A DNA stretch of 64,000 bases from positions 2,790,001 through 2,854,000 of the forward strand of contig NC_042998.1 in NCBI RefSeq assembly GCF_006345805.1, given 5' to 3'. Source of the stretch: Octopus sinensis. Taxonomy: Eukaryota. Of the stretch, positions 41,558-54,470 are shown one piece after another. Numbering within the stretch: the stretch's first letter is position 1; each line of letters starts with the position of its first letter. The notes under the pieces are model-generated. The model was given only the letters and a program-made list of their open reading frames with translations. It was not told the DNA's origin and searched no databases. The translations under genes and the position numbers were made by a program.

Positions 41558-41796
41558 CTGTCACTCTTTCTCTTTCCATTCATTTTCCTCTTCTTTACTT
41601 TTTTTAAAGTTTGCTTTTTGGATCCGTGCTGCCTCTCATTCTGATTGTAACTTTATCATTTGACATGAGACACAGCCGACAACATTTGTTATCCCAACAT
41701 AGTAGTTTGTATATAGTAGTAAGTCTCCAGGGAATTGAATTCGGTACTGTTTCCTTATATTACATAATGTTACAGCAGAGATCCTCTTCAGATTCA
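41558..41796 (-). other. Candidate 239-nt exon with consensus donor; its chain-compatible frame contains two TGA codons
   Basis: Donor CAG|gtaagc and acceptor aaatatcttag|. All three frames contain stops; the phase-compatible frame has only TGA at 41636-41638 and 41561-41563. Confidence 0.2.
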
Positions 41797-42074
41797 CTAA
41801 GATATTTTATGATTAATGAATATTGCTTTGAAATAAACATTTAATCTGCCTCTGAACCGTGGTCGCTCAAATGATATATTTGCATACATTTTATGATGTT
41901 TGCACAGTCAAACAGGAAGAGTGATAATGTGGAGTTCATACTACATCTAGTTAAAGCTCCAGTACATTTACTAATATATAAATAATAAAGAATACATGCA
42001 TGTGTGTGTATCTGAGCACATTTACTTGTCTGTCTGCTTGCTTGCTTCCTTCTCTTTCTCTCTCAATGCTTATT

Positions 42075-42270
42075 TTAACTCTTCAGCATTCAGATTACTC
42101 TGTCAAATGTAATGCTTATCTATTTCCATTGTTTTGAATTAATCATGCATTATCTCATAGCTTCATGGTTTGTGTAAGGTAGGTGTGAGAGGCTAGACCG
42201 AGTCAGTTTTAAAATAAAAAAGGTAAAATATTCGGGCCTCATATGGTTGGTTTAACTGCTAAAGGGTTAA
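42075..42270. mobile_element. piggyBac-type MITE, second family (ccctttagcatt TIR)
   Basis: TTAA-bounded. Copies lie at 7219-7440, 9017-9223 and 62161-62371, with partial copies at ~11420-11595 and ~47030-47090. Confidence 0.75.
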
Positions 42271-42837
42271 TTATTAAATCCATAAGAGCTGGTAGAATGT
42301 CAATAAATTAATTAACATTCACTTGCACAAATTGAAGCCTTTCTACATTTCAGATGAAGATCAACTGATGTTTTGGATTCAGGAACCACTCTCTATCAAA
42401 GAATCACAGCCCAAAATATAAGATTTTTTTATTTCTACTTTTTATGTCAACCAAGCCAACAGACCCCCAACAGAAACCTATGGTGGAACTACTGTTATTA
42501 CCATTATTGCTAATGCAGACCTCCAATTACCTCAAATTTCAGATATTAACAATATTTTAAGCAGTTCAGCAAATTAAAATTTCATTAATTATTAAAATGC
42601 TAAACCATTCTAAGCCAGGTAGACACTGTAAATGCTTATGTTTTCACTGTCATCTTGTTCTTTGCTTTTAATCAAAACATAGCATCTAGTTATCATATTT
42701 TTATAGCTTCCTTTAGTACCCAAACATTACAAATATATAATTATTAAGTATTTATTTCAAGTTACTTTCAACTTTCAAGTCTCCAATATATAGAAATACT
42801 TTAAAACTCTGAAGTTAATATATAGATTACCTATTTG

Positions 42838-43372
42838 ATATCATCATCATCATCATTGATTAACGTCCGTTTTCCATGCTGGCATGGGTTGGATGATTTG
42901 ACTGAGGTTTGGAGAGCCAGATGGCTGCACCAGGCTCCAATCTGGTCTGGCAGAGTTTCTACAGCTGGATGCCCTTCCTAATGCCAACCACTCCAATGGT
43001 GTAGCAGGTGCTTTTTACATGCCACCAGCACAGGAGCCAGTATGGGAGGTCTGGCAACGAACACATTCGGATGGTGCTGTTTACATGCCATCGGCACGGG
43101 AGCTGGTCAGGGGGCACCAGCTCCAGATACGGTATTGGTTTTACCTGACCCAACAGGTCTTCTCGAGCATATCATATTGTCCGACGCATCAGGAATATTC
43201 TTAACAGGGCTGGATGTGCGTGGCTGCAACCTCACTTTAGCTGCCAGGTCTTCTCAATCACAGCGTATTCCCAAATGTCCCGGTCTCCTGTCATTACCTC
43301 TGTGAGGCCCAATGGTTGAAGGTCATGCTTCACCACCTCATCCCATGTCTTCCTGGGTCTACTTTTTCTACA
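42838..43372 (-). mobile_element. 5'-truncated RTE LINE, same family as 26140-26830
   Basis: Reads RPRKTWDEVVKHDLQPLGLTEVMTGDRDIWEYAVIEKT*, then the same 3' UTR and (GAT)n tail. Confidence 0.8.
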
Positions 43373-43514
43373 GCACTGTCTTGATCCCAGGACTTATTTT
43401 TTAAACCTAGTACTTATTCTATCAGTCTTTTTTTGCTGAAGAGCTAAGTTAGACGAGATATAAACACAGATACAAACACACACACACACACGTATATATT
43501 TTTATATATCCCGG

Positions 43515-43702
43515 TGTTGGATATATAATTTAATGAAGCAGGGTGAAAGAACGTATTCACACAGCACAATACGATTACTGTTGCACAAAGCTAAACGCTC
43601 TCTGCCAACGCCTCACAGTAAACTGCTGACAGTTCTGTATTTTATAGCAATGTGTCTGTCCACTTTTAATCACTTGGGGGTGGTCACAATCATTCAACAA
43701 CA
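43515..43702 (-). mobile_element. Probable solo LTR (188 bp)
   Basis: On the minus strand it starts TGTTG and ends CAACA, with an internal TATAAATA followed by ATTAAA near the 3' end. No clear TSD. Confidence 0.4.
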
Positions 43703-44032
43703 TATATACATATAAAAAAACGATAAACGTCACCCCTTTCAAGCCTAGCCAGGCTCAAGGGCCCAGTTTCCCGGTTTCTGTGGCGTATGTGCACCCCCCC
43801 CCCCAGCTGGATGGGACGCCAGTCCATTGCAGAGTTACTCAAGAAACAGGAAGAGAGAGTGAGAGAAAGTTGGGACGAAAGAGTACAACAGGGGGGTCGC
43901 CACCACCCCCTGCCAGAGCCTCGTGGAGCTTTTAGGTGTTTTCGCTCAATAAACACACACAACGCCCTGTCTGGGAATTGAAACCACGATCCTCGGACCG
44001 CGAGTCCGCTGCCTTAACCACTGCACCTCATA

Positions 44033-44067
<35 letters not shown>

Positions 44068-44829
44068 GCAACTAGCTTTTTCAGTTTCCTTCTATCAAAT
44101 CCACTCACAAGGCTTTGATCGGCCCAGGGCTATAGCAGAAGACACTTTCCCAAGGTGCCACGCAGTGGGACTGAACCTCAAACCATGTGGTTGGGAAGCA
44201 AGCATCTTGTGATTTAAGATACATTCCCACCCGTTAATAACAGTGAGAGTGCGGGGTGGGGCATGAAGTAAATATGAATCTAAATAATGCAAGTGATATG
44301 AATATAGAATGGTAAACTTATATATTCATAATTTCTACATTATTTCAATAATCGTCTCCCAGAAAGATTATTTCTTTCTTCCTGAAACTACTAAAATCTA
44401 ATTAATGTAATTCAGTTATGCTGTGGTGGTCTCTCGTCAAAATATTTTCTTCTAATAACCATCCCTAAACATCTGCCATTTAGTCATAGGATTTTTTGTT
44501 TTTTGTTGTTGCAATGGGGTATAGAGGTTTTGCCCCCATCCCATTCTTAAGTTTAGACCAAGAACGCAAATGAAGAGAACACCTGGAGACCTCGTTGGAT
44601 AATAAATGGGTTGCATCAGCTAATGAGCCAGAACTAACATCCTATTATAACATTATTGAGTTAATTATCCATTTTAATATTTAGGAATGCCCAAGTCAAC
44701 ACCAATGCTGTGGTATCAAATATCAGTAAGATACATTTCCTCACTCGCACCACCCCAGAGAAACTAATTGAGAGGAATGTTAATAAAGTGCAATGCGGAT
44801 TTGTAATGTCAGCACGCATGAACTATAGA

Positions 44830-45295
44830 GCACAGGTGAGAAGAGAGGAGAAAAAATGAGCATAAGAGAAATCAGGTAAAAGAAGAGTGTGCACTAGTAT
44901 AGACATATAATAATGAATAAGAAGAATGCCACTCGAGTGACCTGAGTATGTGGAGATTGTGGAAGTGGAAAAAAACTGAAGAAGATACAGAAAGAAGCAG
45001 TGATGCTGAACCTCATCAAGATGCTGAGCAATCACAAGTAGCAAGCTATGGTGCTGGAGAAGACAAATCAAGCTCTTGCTAGCTTGATGATAAGGAGTGA
45101 TGATAAGGAGGGTGATGGTAGTGATGTATTCGTATGTTAATATGTTAGATATCTTCACAAAAAGCAAGACATGGTCCCTCCACCATACCCAGGAGATCAA
45201 TAACAACTCACCCAAATAAGAACTGGCCAAAATAAGAACTGACAAATTTTGACAACTCATCCAACACATGCCAGCATGAAAAGGAGATGCAAAAT
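44830..45295 (+). mobile_element. Old, decayed RTE 3' fragment
   Basis: Remnant ..MVLEKTNQA, followed by a decayed tail catccaacacatgccagcatg. Confidence 0.45.
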
Positions 45296-45505
45296 GATAC
45301 CTTGTTTCAACATATATATATATATATATGTATGTATGTATATATGTGTGTATGTGTGTGTGTCTGTCTCTCAACCATCGCTTGACAACTGAGGTTGGTG
45401 CGTCTACGGTCTCTAACTTAGTGGTTTGGCAAAAGAGACTGATAGAATAAGTACTAGGCTTATAAAGAATAAATCCTGGAGTCGATTTTTTTTCAACTAA
45501 AAACC

Positions 45506-45550
<45 letters not shown>

Positions 45551-46427
45551 ATTGGCTAAACTGGCAAAACAACCATTCCGAAATATAACAATATATATAC
45601 ATATATATACACACAAACACACACAATGGGCTTCTTTCAGTTTCTGTCTACCAAATCCACTCACAAGGATTTGGTCAGCCTGAGGCTACAGTAGAAGACA
45701 TTTGCCGAAGGTGCCACACAGACTGAACCCAGAACCTTGTAGTTGGGACGCAAGCTTCTTACCACACAGCCACTCCTGTGCCTAATATATAAATGTATTT
45801 TGTGTATGTACATATGTAAAAGTGTATGTATACGCAATGGTATACATTTACATAGAGACAGTATCAAGAAAATAATGCAAGTGAAATATAAATAATAGCT
45901 GTAAAAAAAAAACACCAACAGAAATATAGCATTGACAATTTCTCAATGGATTGCAATCAAACATTGATGTGATTGGTGCTTAGTGTCTCAGCAGAACATT
46001 GAAAAACCAATATGTGAAAAATTGAATTTTGTACAAAAGACTCAAAGATAAAACCCATTTAAGCATAGTTGTTTTAAAAAGCTCATCATATTCATGAGAA
46101 ATGTCTGTTCTCATCAAGCATTTTGATGGCTTAAGACAGAGAAAAATACAGAATTAAGACACATCAGAGAGGCTCCTAAAAATAAGAGCTAATACAGGAA
46201 TAATGAAGAAAGAAAGCCATTTATTCACAGGAGAGAAACTGACTGATTCAAAATGATGGGAAGTGAACTAGGAATAAAAAATGAATACAAAAATCAATGA
46301 ACTACATAATTACAAAGATTTCGGTTAATAGTGCCGACAAGGTAATGTGTTTGATAAATGAGAAGGCATTTTTAGCTCAAAGAGGTTATATAATACTCAA
46401 ATGTTACACATTTTTCGTGTAGCTAAC

Positions 46428-46506
46428 ATTCTGCAAACATTTGAACTTGGAAAATATTCCAGTTGGTTTCTGCCTCCGACCCAACCCTCCCAAGTTGAAA
46501 CTGAAT
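46428..46506 (-). CDS. Candidate 79-nt exon (Y)SVSTWEGWVGGRNQLEYFPSSNVCR
   Basis: Acceptor ttctgcaatattcag| and a weaker donor AAT|gttagc. Phase-compatible with 47584-47661. Confidence 0.22.
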
Positions 46507-46687
46507 CTGAATATTGCAGAATTTGATGGAATTCATCAGAAAACAGTGATTTTCTTAATAAAAATGCCTCAAATTTGGCGAAATTATTATATAGATTATA
46601 TAAAGGGTTTTCAGTGGTTGCGACATCAAGGGGATGTGATTGTTACATTTGTTTTTAAATCAGTGTTTAAATGTGTGTATGTGTGGG

Positions 46688-46719
<32 letters not shown>

Positions 46720-47100
46720 TGGAGGGGGGATGAAGGGAGAAATGGAAGAGGTATAGTAGGCTATAGAGAAATGGAAGAGGTATAGAAGGCTATAGTAGAA
46801 GACACTTGCCCAAGGTGTCATGCAGTGGGACTGAACTGAGAACCATGTGGTTCATAAGCAAGTGACTTACCACACAGCCACTCCTACGCCTACCAGGTCA
46901 AGTACTTTTGCACTGACACTTTAGCATCCACAAAAACCCTGTTTAATGTAATGATTATTTATTCACTTTCTTTCAAATAAATCGTGTGGCTTTGATATTT
47001 CAATGTTGTGATTGATTAATATAAAAATGACAATGAAAGGTAAATATGAAAGGCTGGATCTGGCTGGTTTGAACTTAGAACAGAACATTTGGGTCAGATA

Positions 47101-47464
47101 TTTACTCTTTTACTCGCTTCAGTCATTTGACTGCGGCCATGCTGGAGCACCGCCTTTAATCGAGCAAATCGACCCTGGGACTTATTCTTTTGTAAGCCCA
47201 GTACTTATTCTATCGGTCTCTTTTGCCGAACCGCTAAGTAACGGGGACATAAGCACACCAGCATCGGTTGTCAAGCGATGTTGGGGGGACAAACACACAC
47301 ACATATATACATATACATATATACGACAGGCTTCTTTTAGTTTCCATCTACCAAACCCACTCACAAGGCTTTGGTCAGCCTGAGGCTATAGTAGAAGACA
47401 CTTGCCCAAGGTGCCACGCAGTGGGACTGAACCCGGGACCATGTGGTTGGTAAACAAGCTACTT
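47101..47464 (-). mobile_element. CORE-type SINE copy, head truncated
   Basis: Same family sequence. Confidence 0.8.
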
Positions 47465-47583
47465 GGTCAGTTTAAATGACAAACGGTTAATATGAGAGGC
47501 TTGGAACAGCTTGTTGACACAGGAGAGGCAGTCTTGGACAGGCAGGTATTGAAATAGATCAAATAGAGTATAAATAGGCTTAC

Positions 47584-47661
47584 ATAGCAGTTTTTCCACT
47601 AGTTCAGAGGTGTATTTATCATAAATTTCAGAGCCAAAACTTAAATATGAGAACCTAGTTC
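47584..47661 (-). CDS. Candidate 78-nt exon (G)TRFSYLSFGSEIYDKYTSELVEKLL
   Basis: Acceptor attatttcgttcctag| and donor TAT|gtaagc. Symmetric phase-1 exon inside ORF-track entry 47459-47740. Confidence 0.35.
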
Positions 47662-47971
47662 CTAGGAACGAAATAATTTCCACAAAATTTCCTTTTGGCA
47701 AGCATGGCAAATAGGAAATTTTACTTAACATATTGTACATTGGCCAAAAAATATTGATCTCACATCATTGCAGAAATCTTAATGCATTCCATAAAAATCA
47801 ATATGCATCACACAGTATTTACCGCTTCATCTAATCTGAAGACTACTTAAAAATTTTCACAATTCAAATATTAATATATTTTCCCCAAAACAAGATCAAA
47901 ATCAATAGCTAAATGACATAGCAGAAGTAATAATAATTACACAATAAGAAACTGAACAAAACATTTAATAT

Positions 47972-48011
<40 letters not shown>

Positions 48012-49680
48012 CCTTGGTAGCACAATAATAAATCAAAATTAATATGTAGAAGTTTAAAGGAACCTCTAACATTTTTACATAATGTTTTTGGCTTGGGGAC
48101 AAAAAATTTGTGGCGGTTAGAATATGAAATTTCACACAATCAACAGCTACAAGTAAAAAGGATAAAGTATAACAGCTGATGGCACTACAACAAAGGGTTC
48201 TATAAAATTATTCACATTAACTTCCTTGTTTCATCATATTCTAACCTTTTATTTATCGCTTTATTTCGTATGTTTATTATTAGCATAATAACTCTCCCGA
48301 GACACAACAAAATATGTTTCAACACACAAGTTCACATCAAGAATCTTCCAATACAAAAACAATTTTTTACCCTCTCTTACTGGTTTTAGTCATTAGACAA
48401 CAACCATGTTAGGGGACAAACTTTTAGAGTATATTACTACAATTAGTTTAGCATCAAAAAATTAATGAAAATACTTATTTCTTAATACTGAAGCTGTTTA
48501 TCCTTAGATAAGCACTGATCAAGCAAATCTACGATCAAAGTTTTTCATCCATGAGCATCCAGTCCTTTCCTTTCAAAGATTACTCAATGTACCCCTATAT
48601 TATTCTTTTTATGGAAAAATTACATGTGATACAAGGGAGATTTGGCTATTATTTCTAAGAGGTCAAGCATCCCACAAAGGCATGGTTCTCACATCAACTC
48701 GTTAATAAGTTATCATAAGAATAAATTGGTTTATAACAAAAATTTAAAGGACGTAAATATTCGTAACAGAACAAATATAGATTTTTTTTTAAATTTAACA
48801 GAACGCAAGAATAAGGGACGTATTACCTAAAAGTTAATGGGTTCTTTTAGAAAAGGGATGAAATAACATATGCTAAAGCAAACTTGAGACAAAAGGTAAA
48901 AAGCTGGAATAGTTTTGTTGTTTTATTAATGTCCTCTTCTTCGTGCTTTCATAGGGCAGACAGAATTCAGTTGGGCAGATTTTCTATGGCCAGATGCCCT
49001 TTCGGTCACCAACATTCACCTGTTTCCAAGCAAGAAAATATTTCCCCATGCCCAGACATGTTTGTCACGGAAGAATGGAATTAAACAACACTGCTTGTAT
49101 GAGGTTTACAATCATCATGATGTCAAGACACACACACACACACACACACACACACGATGACAGGTTTCCATTTTCTGTCTACCACAGCCATTCACAAACC
49201 TTTGGCCAGCCCAAGATTATAGAAAATATTTGCCCAAGATGAATCCAAAACCACATGGTTGGGAAGCAAGCTTCTCAACTCCGTACCCAAATAGATCAAA
49301 AGCTATTATTAAAGACAATTAGAAGAAAAACTGGTAAAATTCTATGAAAAAAACCTATGTAAACAATAACATTGTAATGAAAGTTTATCAAAATTGTAGC
49401 AAGATTTGTGTGTTAAAAGACACATGTACACTTCTGTATGTGTAAGGATGCTTATTCAAAGATAAGCCTGAAAAATATATCAAGTGTATAAAAATAGAGA
49501 AAGCACCCAGTACACTCTGTAAAGCTGTAAAGTGGTTGGTGCTAGGAAGGGCAGCCAGGAATAGAAACCAAACCGAAACAGACTACAGAACTTGGTGCAG
49601 CCCCAGGCCTTACCAGTTCCTGTCAAGCCATCCAATCCATGCCAGCATGGAACACGGATATTAAATGTTGATGAATGATG

Positions 49681-50088
49681 ACTCTCTTTACTCTTTTACT
49701 TGTTTCAGTCATTTGACTGCGGCCATGCTGGAGCACCGCCTTTAGTCAAGCAAATCAACCCCGGGACTTATTCTTTGTAAGCCCAGTACTTATTCTATCG
49801 GTCTCTTTTGCCGAACCGCTAAGTGACGGAGACATAAACACACCAGCATCGGTTGTCAAGCAATGCTAGGGGGACAAACAAAGACACACAAACACACACA
49901 CATACATATATATATACATATATACGACGGGCTTCTTTCAGTTTCCGTCTACCAAATCCACTCACAAGGCATTGGTCGGCCCGGGGCTATAGCAGAAGAC
50001 ACTTGCCCAAGATGCCACACAGTGGGACTGAACCCGGAACCATGTAGTTGGTTAGCAAGCTACTTACCACACAGCCACTCCTGCGCCT
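49681..50088 (-). mobile_element. Young full-length CORE-type SINE copy
   Basis: Same family sequence with intact head and tail. Confidence 0.85.
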
Positions 50089-50140
50089 TTTTTTTTTTTT
50101 TTCTTTTTGACCGGTGAAACCTGAGACAGATAAAGCTATA

Positions 50141-50338
50141 AATAATTGGATGTAAATATTGGATTAAAAAAACTCTCTGGATAGAAAAAGTCAAAGGCAG
50201 CCTGCGGGATTCAAACCAATATTTCTTGTAAACATGACAAATGTATCAAGGCTTGCAGAAGTCATATCCCACAGGCAGCCTTTGTCTTTTTCTGTCCAAA
50301 AGATTTTTTTTTAAACCCAATATTTAAATGCTATTATT
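50141..50338. mobile_element. Foldback/MITE-like element with ~70-bp imperfect terminal inverted repeats
   Basis: Arm 50141-50210 is the imperfect reverse complement of arm 50266-50338. Confidence 0.6.
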
Positions 50339-50393
50339 CGTGGTCTTAGTCTGCTTCAAGTTTCACCACTCCAAGAACGAATTACATCTAAGC

Positions 50394-51509
50394 GCTTCAA
50401 TTTGCTGACAGTATTATAAATAGTCTGATACCCAAACAGATAAGAGAAATAAGGCTTACTGATTCAGGTAAAAACCAACAATAAATAGAAAAAAGAGAAG
50501 CAATATTTAACAATGACCAAACAATAATATTTTGTAATTGTTTATGCAACAAGTTTTGCTTAATCATACAAAATTCTTATGACACCAACAAAAGAAAAAC
50601 AACAATTTTTCAGTGACACAGTATAGAAAAATGTATATATAAATAATAATAATTTAAGAGCTTCAATTTGCTGACAGCATTATAAATAGTCTGATGGCCA
50701 AACAGATAAAAAGAATAATGTTTACTGCATAAGGTAAAACCCAGCAATAAATAGGAAAAGAAGCAATATTTAATGAGGGCCAAACAATAATATTTTGTAA
50801 TTGTTTATGATGCAAGTTTTGCTTAATCATACAAAATTCTTATGACACCAACAAAAGAAAAACTATAATTTTTCAGTGACACAGTATAGAAAAATGTATA
50901 TCTTTCTCTTTTTGTTCTTTTTACTTGTTTCAGTCATTTCACTGCGGCCATGCTGGAGCACTGCCTTCAGTCGAGCAAATCGACCCCGGGACTTATTCTT
51001 TGTAAGCCCAGTACTTATTCTATCGGTCTCTTTTGCCGAACCGCTAAGTGACGGGGACGTAAACACACCAGCATCGGTTGTCAAGCAATGCTAGGGGGAC
51101 AAACACAGACACACAAACACATATATATATATATATATATATACATATATACGACAGGCTTCTTTCAGTTTCTGTCAACCAAATCCACTCACAAGGCATT
51201 GGTCGGCCCGGGGCTATAGCAGAAGACACTTGCCCAAGATGCCACGCAGTGGGACTGAACCCGGAACCATGTGGTTGGTTAGCAAGCTATTTACCACACA
51301 GCCACTCCTGCACCTATATAAATAATCATTTAAGAGCTTCAATTTGCTGACAGCATTATAAATAGTCTGATGGCCAAACAGATAAAAAGAATAATGTTTA
51401 CTGCATAAGGTAAAACCCAGCAATAAATAGGAAAAGAAGCAATATTTAATGAGGGCCAAACAATAATATTTTGTAATTGTTTATGATGCAAGTTTCGCTT
51501 ACTCATACA
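50394..51509. repeat. Triplicated ~266-bp tandem unit, third copy partial, interrupted by a SINE
   Basis: Units start at 50394, 50660 and 51336. Confidence 0.85.
50902..51314 (-). mobile_element. Young full-length CORE-type SINE inserted in a tandem repeat junction
   Basis: Same family sequence, flanked by tata(t) on both sides. Confidence 0.85.
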
Positions 51510-51702
51510 TTCTTTGATATATCAGACATTACAGTGACTTTGTCCTACAAAGATCTTTGGTCTATTCTCTTATGACTAACTGCACAGGTTTTCAATGTTC
51601 ACTAAACACTATACTGACTTTTCTTGAGGCACAGCAAGACAGTTTAACTTAACAGTATCTCGGCCTATCAATTCAACTTAGATTTTATCTCTATTGCACC
51701 AT

Positions 51703-51743
<41 letters not shown>

Positions 51744-52899
51744 ATAAAGCTTGAGGAAGTAGGCCTTGGTAGTACAAAGAGCAGCACATCGATCTCATGA
51801 TCCTAGAGTTGGTACATGGAAATTCATTTCAGTAAGTCTATTGTAAATATAACCATGTACCCTGCCCCTGTCAAGGTCCACCTAACGTACCTGAATCCAT
51901 TCTTTTCATCATCCCTTCTATGCTTCTGTCAATTTACCAAACCCTACACAAAATATATTTCCCTTCAAACCTTTAACCCCAGAACATCATTACTCAAGAA
52001 CTCCTTTCCTTAGACACATCAGCCTGGTGAAGTGCAAGTTGAACAAAAAAAAGGAATCAACTTCACTCAGGCCTGTAATAAACTTATGGACGGTAAATAC
52101 TTCTTCCTAAACTGAAATGTAGCGCCTTGGGCAAGTGTCTTCAACTATGGCCCTGGGGTGAACAGAACCTTGTGAGTGGATTTGAGAGACAGAAACTGAA
52201 AGAAACCCATTGTATATATGGGTGTGTGTGTGTGTGTGTGTGTGTGTCTCTCGCGTTGTGTTTGTCTCTTACTATCACTTGACAACTGGAGTTGGTTTGT
52301 TTACATCCCTTTAAATTAGTGATCTGGAAGAAAAGGCCTGGGTTGATTGGTTTGACTAAGTCCTTAATCTTTTATCTGTTACCCTTGTTGCAGTCATTAG
52401 ACTTCAGCCAAGCTGGAGCACTGCCTTGAAGAATTCTTAGTTGAATGAATCATCCGTAGTACAGTTTTTTTTTTTTAAAGCCTGGTACTTCTTCAATTAG
52501 CTAAACTGCTAATTTACACACCAACACCAGTAGTCAAGCAGCAGTGGAGGGAGACACACACACACACATATATGTATATATCACGTGATCACGTGACTGA
52601 CCAGGCTATCAGATGTTGCTACACATCGCTGGTCACAATGCGCTTCGCATTGTTTTAGCCTTGAAATGACGCCACCCCACTGACTAAGTGGGCAGGCCAA
52701 CAGAAGAAAGAGTGAGAGAAAGTTGTGGTGAAAGAGTACAGCAGGGATCGCCACCTCCCCCCTGCCAGAGCCTCATTGAGCTTTAGGTGTTTTCACTCAA
52801 TAAACACTCACAACGCCCGGTCTGGGAATCGAAACCGCGAGTCCGCTGCCCTAACCACTGGGCCATTGCACCTCCACACACACACACACACACACACAC

Positions 52900-52946
<47 letters not shown>

Positions 52947-53912
52947 CATGCTTCTTTCAGTCTTGTCTACAAATTCCACTCACAAGGTTTTGGTTGGCCT
53001 GAGGCTATAGTTGAAGACACTTGCCTAAGGTGCCATGCAGTGGGACTGAACCTGGAACCATGTGATTGGGAAGCAAGCTTCTTACCACACAGTCACACCT
53101 GCACCTGTGTGTGTGTGTGTGTGTTCTCTCTGTTTTTCTTCCTCTTCAACGAGCATAAGCATGAAATGTAAAAGACTTTTCCATTCTACCCAAGTGTTAA
53201 ATTAATACACCTGGTTGTTGTTTCTACACCTGTCTTCGTCTTTTGTTTTCTGTAAATTTGAACTATATATACATATATATAAATATATATATGGTAGGCT
53301 TCTGTCAGTCTCAGGCTACCGAATCCATTCAGAAGGCTTTGATTGGCCCAGAGCTCTAACAGAAGACACTTGCGTTAGGAACTGAATCTGGAAATATGTG
53401 GCTGAGAAGCCAACTTCTTACCCACACAGCCACACCTGCACTCTACACAAGATTATTTCAAGATGCTACACAAAGCAGGATACATTGATAAAGCATGTAC
53501 AATCTAAGTAGGACCCCCACACCTAAAATGAGAAACATATACACACAATGCTCTAATAGCAAAAAGGTGGGATCTAATTGAATTTTCCTTGAAAATGCCA
53601 GGTACACTGATGTTAATTTAATCGTTGTGAAAGATACTCAAACATCCTACATTTGATTATTTCTTGTTAGGAACAGCATCTAATTGTATCCTTCACTGCT
53701 TTTTTAAAGTTTAAAAGTGTCTGCACATGCATTCTTTAAATAAGGCTAAAATAAAGGATGTGGGAGTAGAAGCAGAAAATATACGAGCTTTTAAATTGCT
53801 TTGCCTTCTTTCTTTTGGGATTTTTTCTGTTGTTGTTGTTTTTTAAATTAATTAATTCTTCAAAGTTGTCAGAGCAAGTATAGGTCTGCATAGATGACTT
53901 CTGCATATGTAT

Positions 53913-54470
53913 AGGCGCAGGAGTGGCTGTGTGGTATGTAGCTTGTTTACCAACCACATGGTTCCAGGTTTAGTCCCACTAGGAGTGGCTGTGTGGTATG
54001 TAGCTTGTTTACCAACCACATGGTTCCAGGTTTAGTCCCACTAGGAGTGGCTGTGTGGTATGTAGCTTGTTTACCAACCACATGCTTCCGGGTTCAGTCC
54101 CACTGCGTGGCACCTTGGGCAAGTGTCTTCTACTATAGCCCCGGGCCGACCAAAGCTTTGTGAGTGGATTTGGTAGACAGAAACTGAAAGAAGCCCATCA
54201 TATATATGTATGTATATATATATGTGTGTGTGTATGTTTGTGTTTGTCCCCCCAGCATTGCTTGACAACCGATGCTGGTGTGTTTATGTCCCCGTTACTT
54301 AGCGGTTCGGCAAAAGAGACCGATAGAATAAGTACTGGGCTTAAAAAAAGAATAAGTCCTGGGCTTACAAAAAGAATAAGTCCTGGGGTCGAGTTGCACA
54401 ATTAAAGGCGATGCTCCAGCATGGCCGCAGTCAAATGACTGAAACAAGTAAAAGAGAGTAAAGAGAGAGA
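53913..54470 (+). mobile_element. CORE-type SINE with triplicated 62-bp tRNA-like head
   Basis: Head units at 53919-53980, 53981-54042 and 54043-54104, then a normal body with a ~22-bp duplication near 54335-54385. Confidence 0.85.

Noticed and set aside
46428-46506. SH3-like look of TWEGWVGGRNQLEYFPSSNV
   Set aside because: Spacing does not fit the WW-x-G…G-x-FPxNY pattern, and the upstream exon lacks the ALYDY region.
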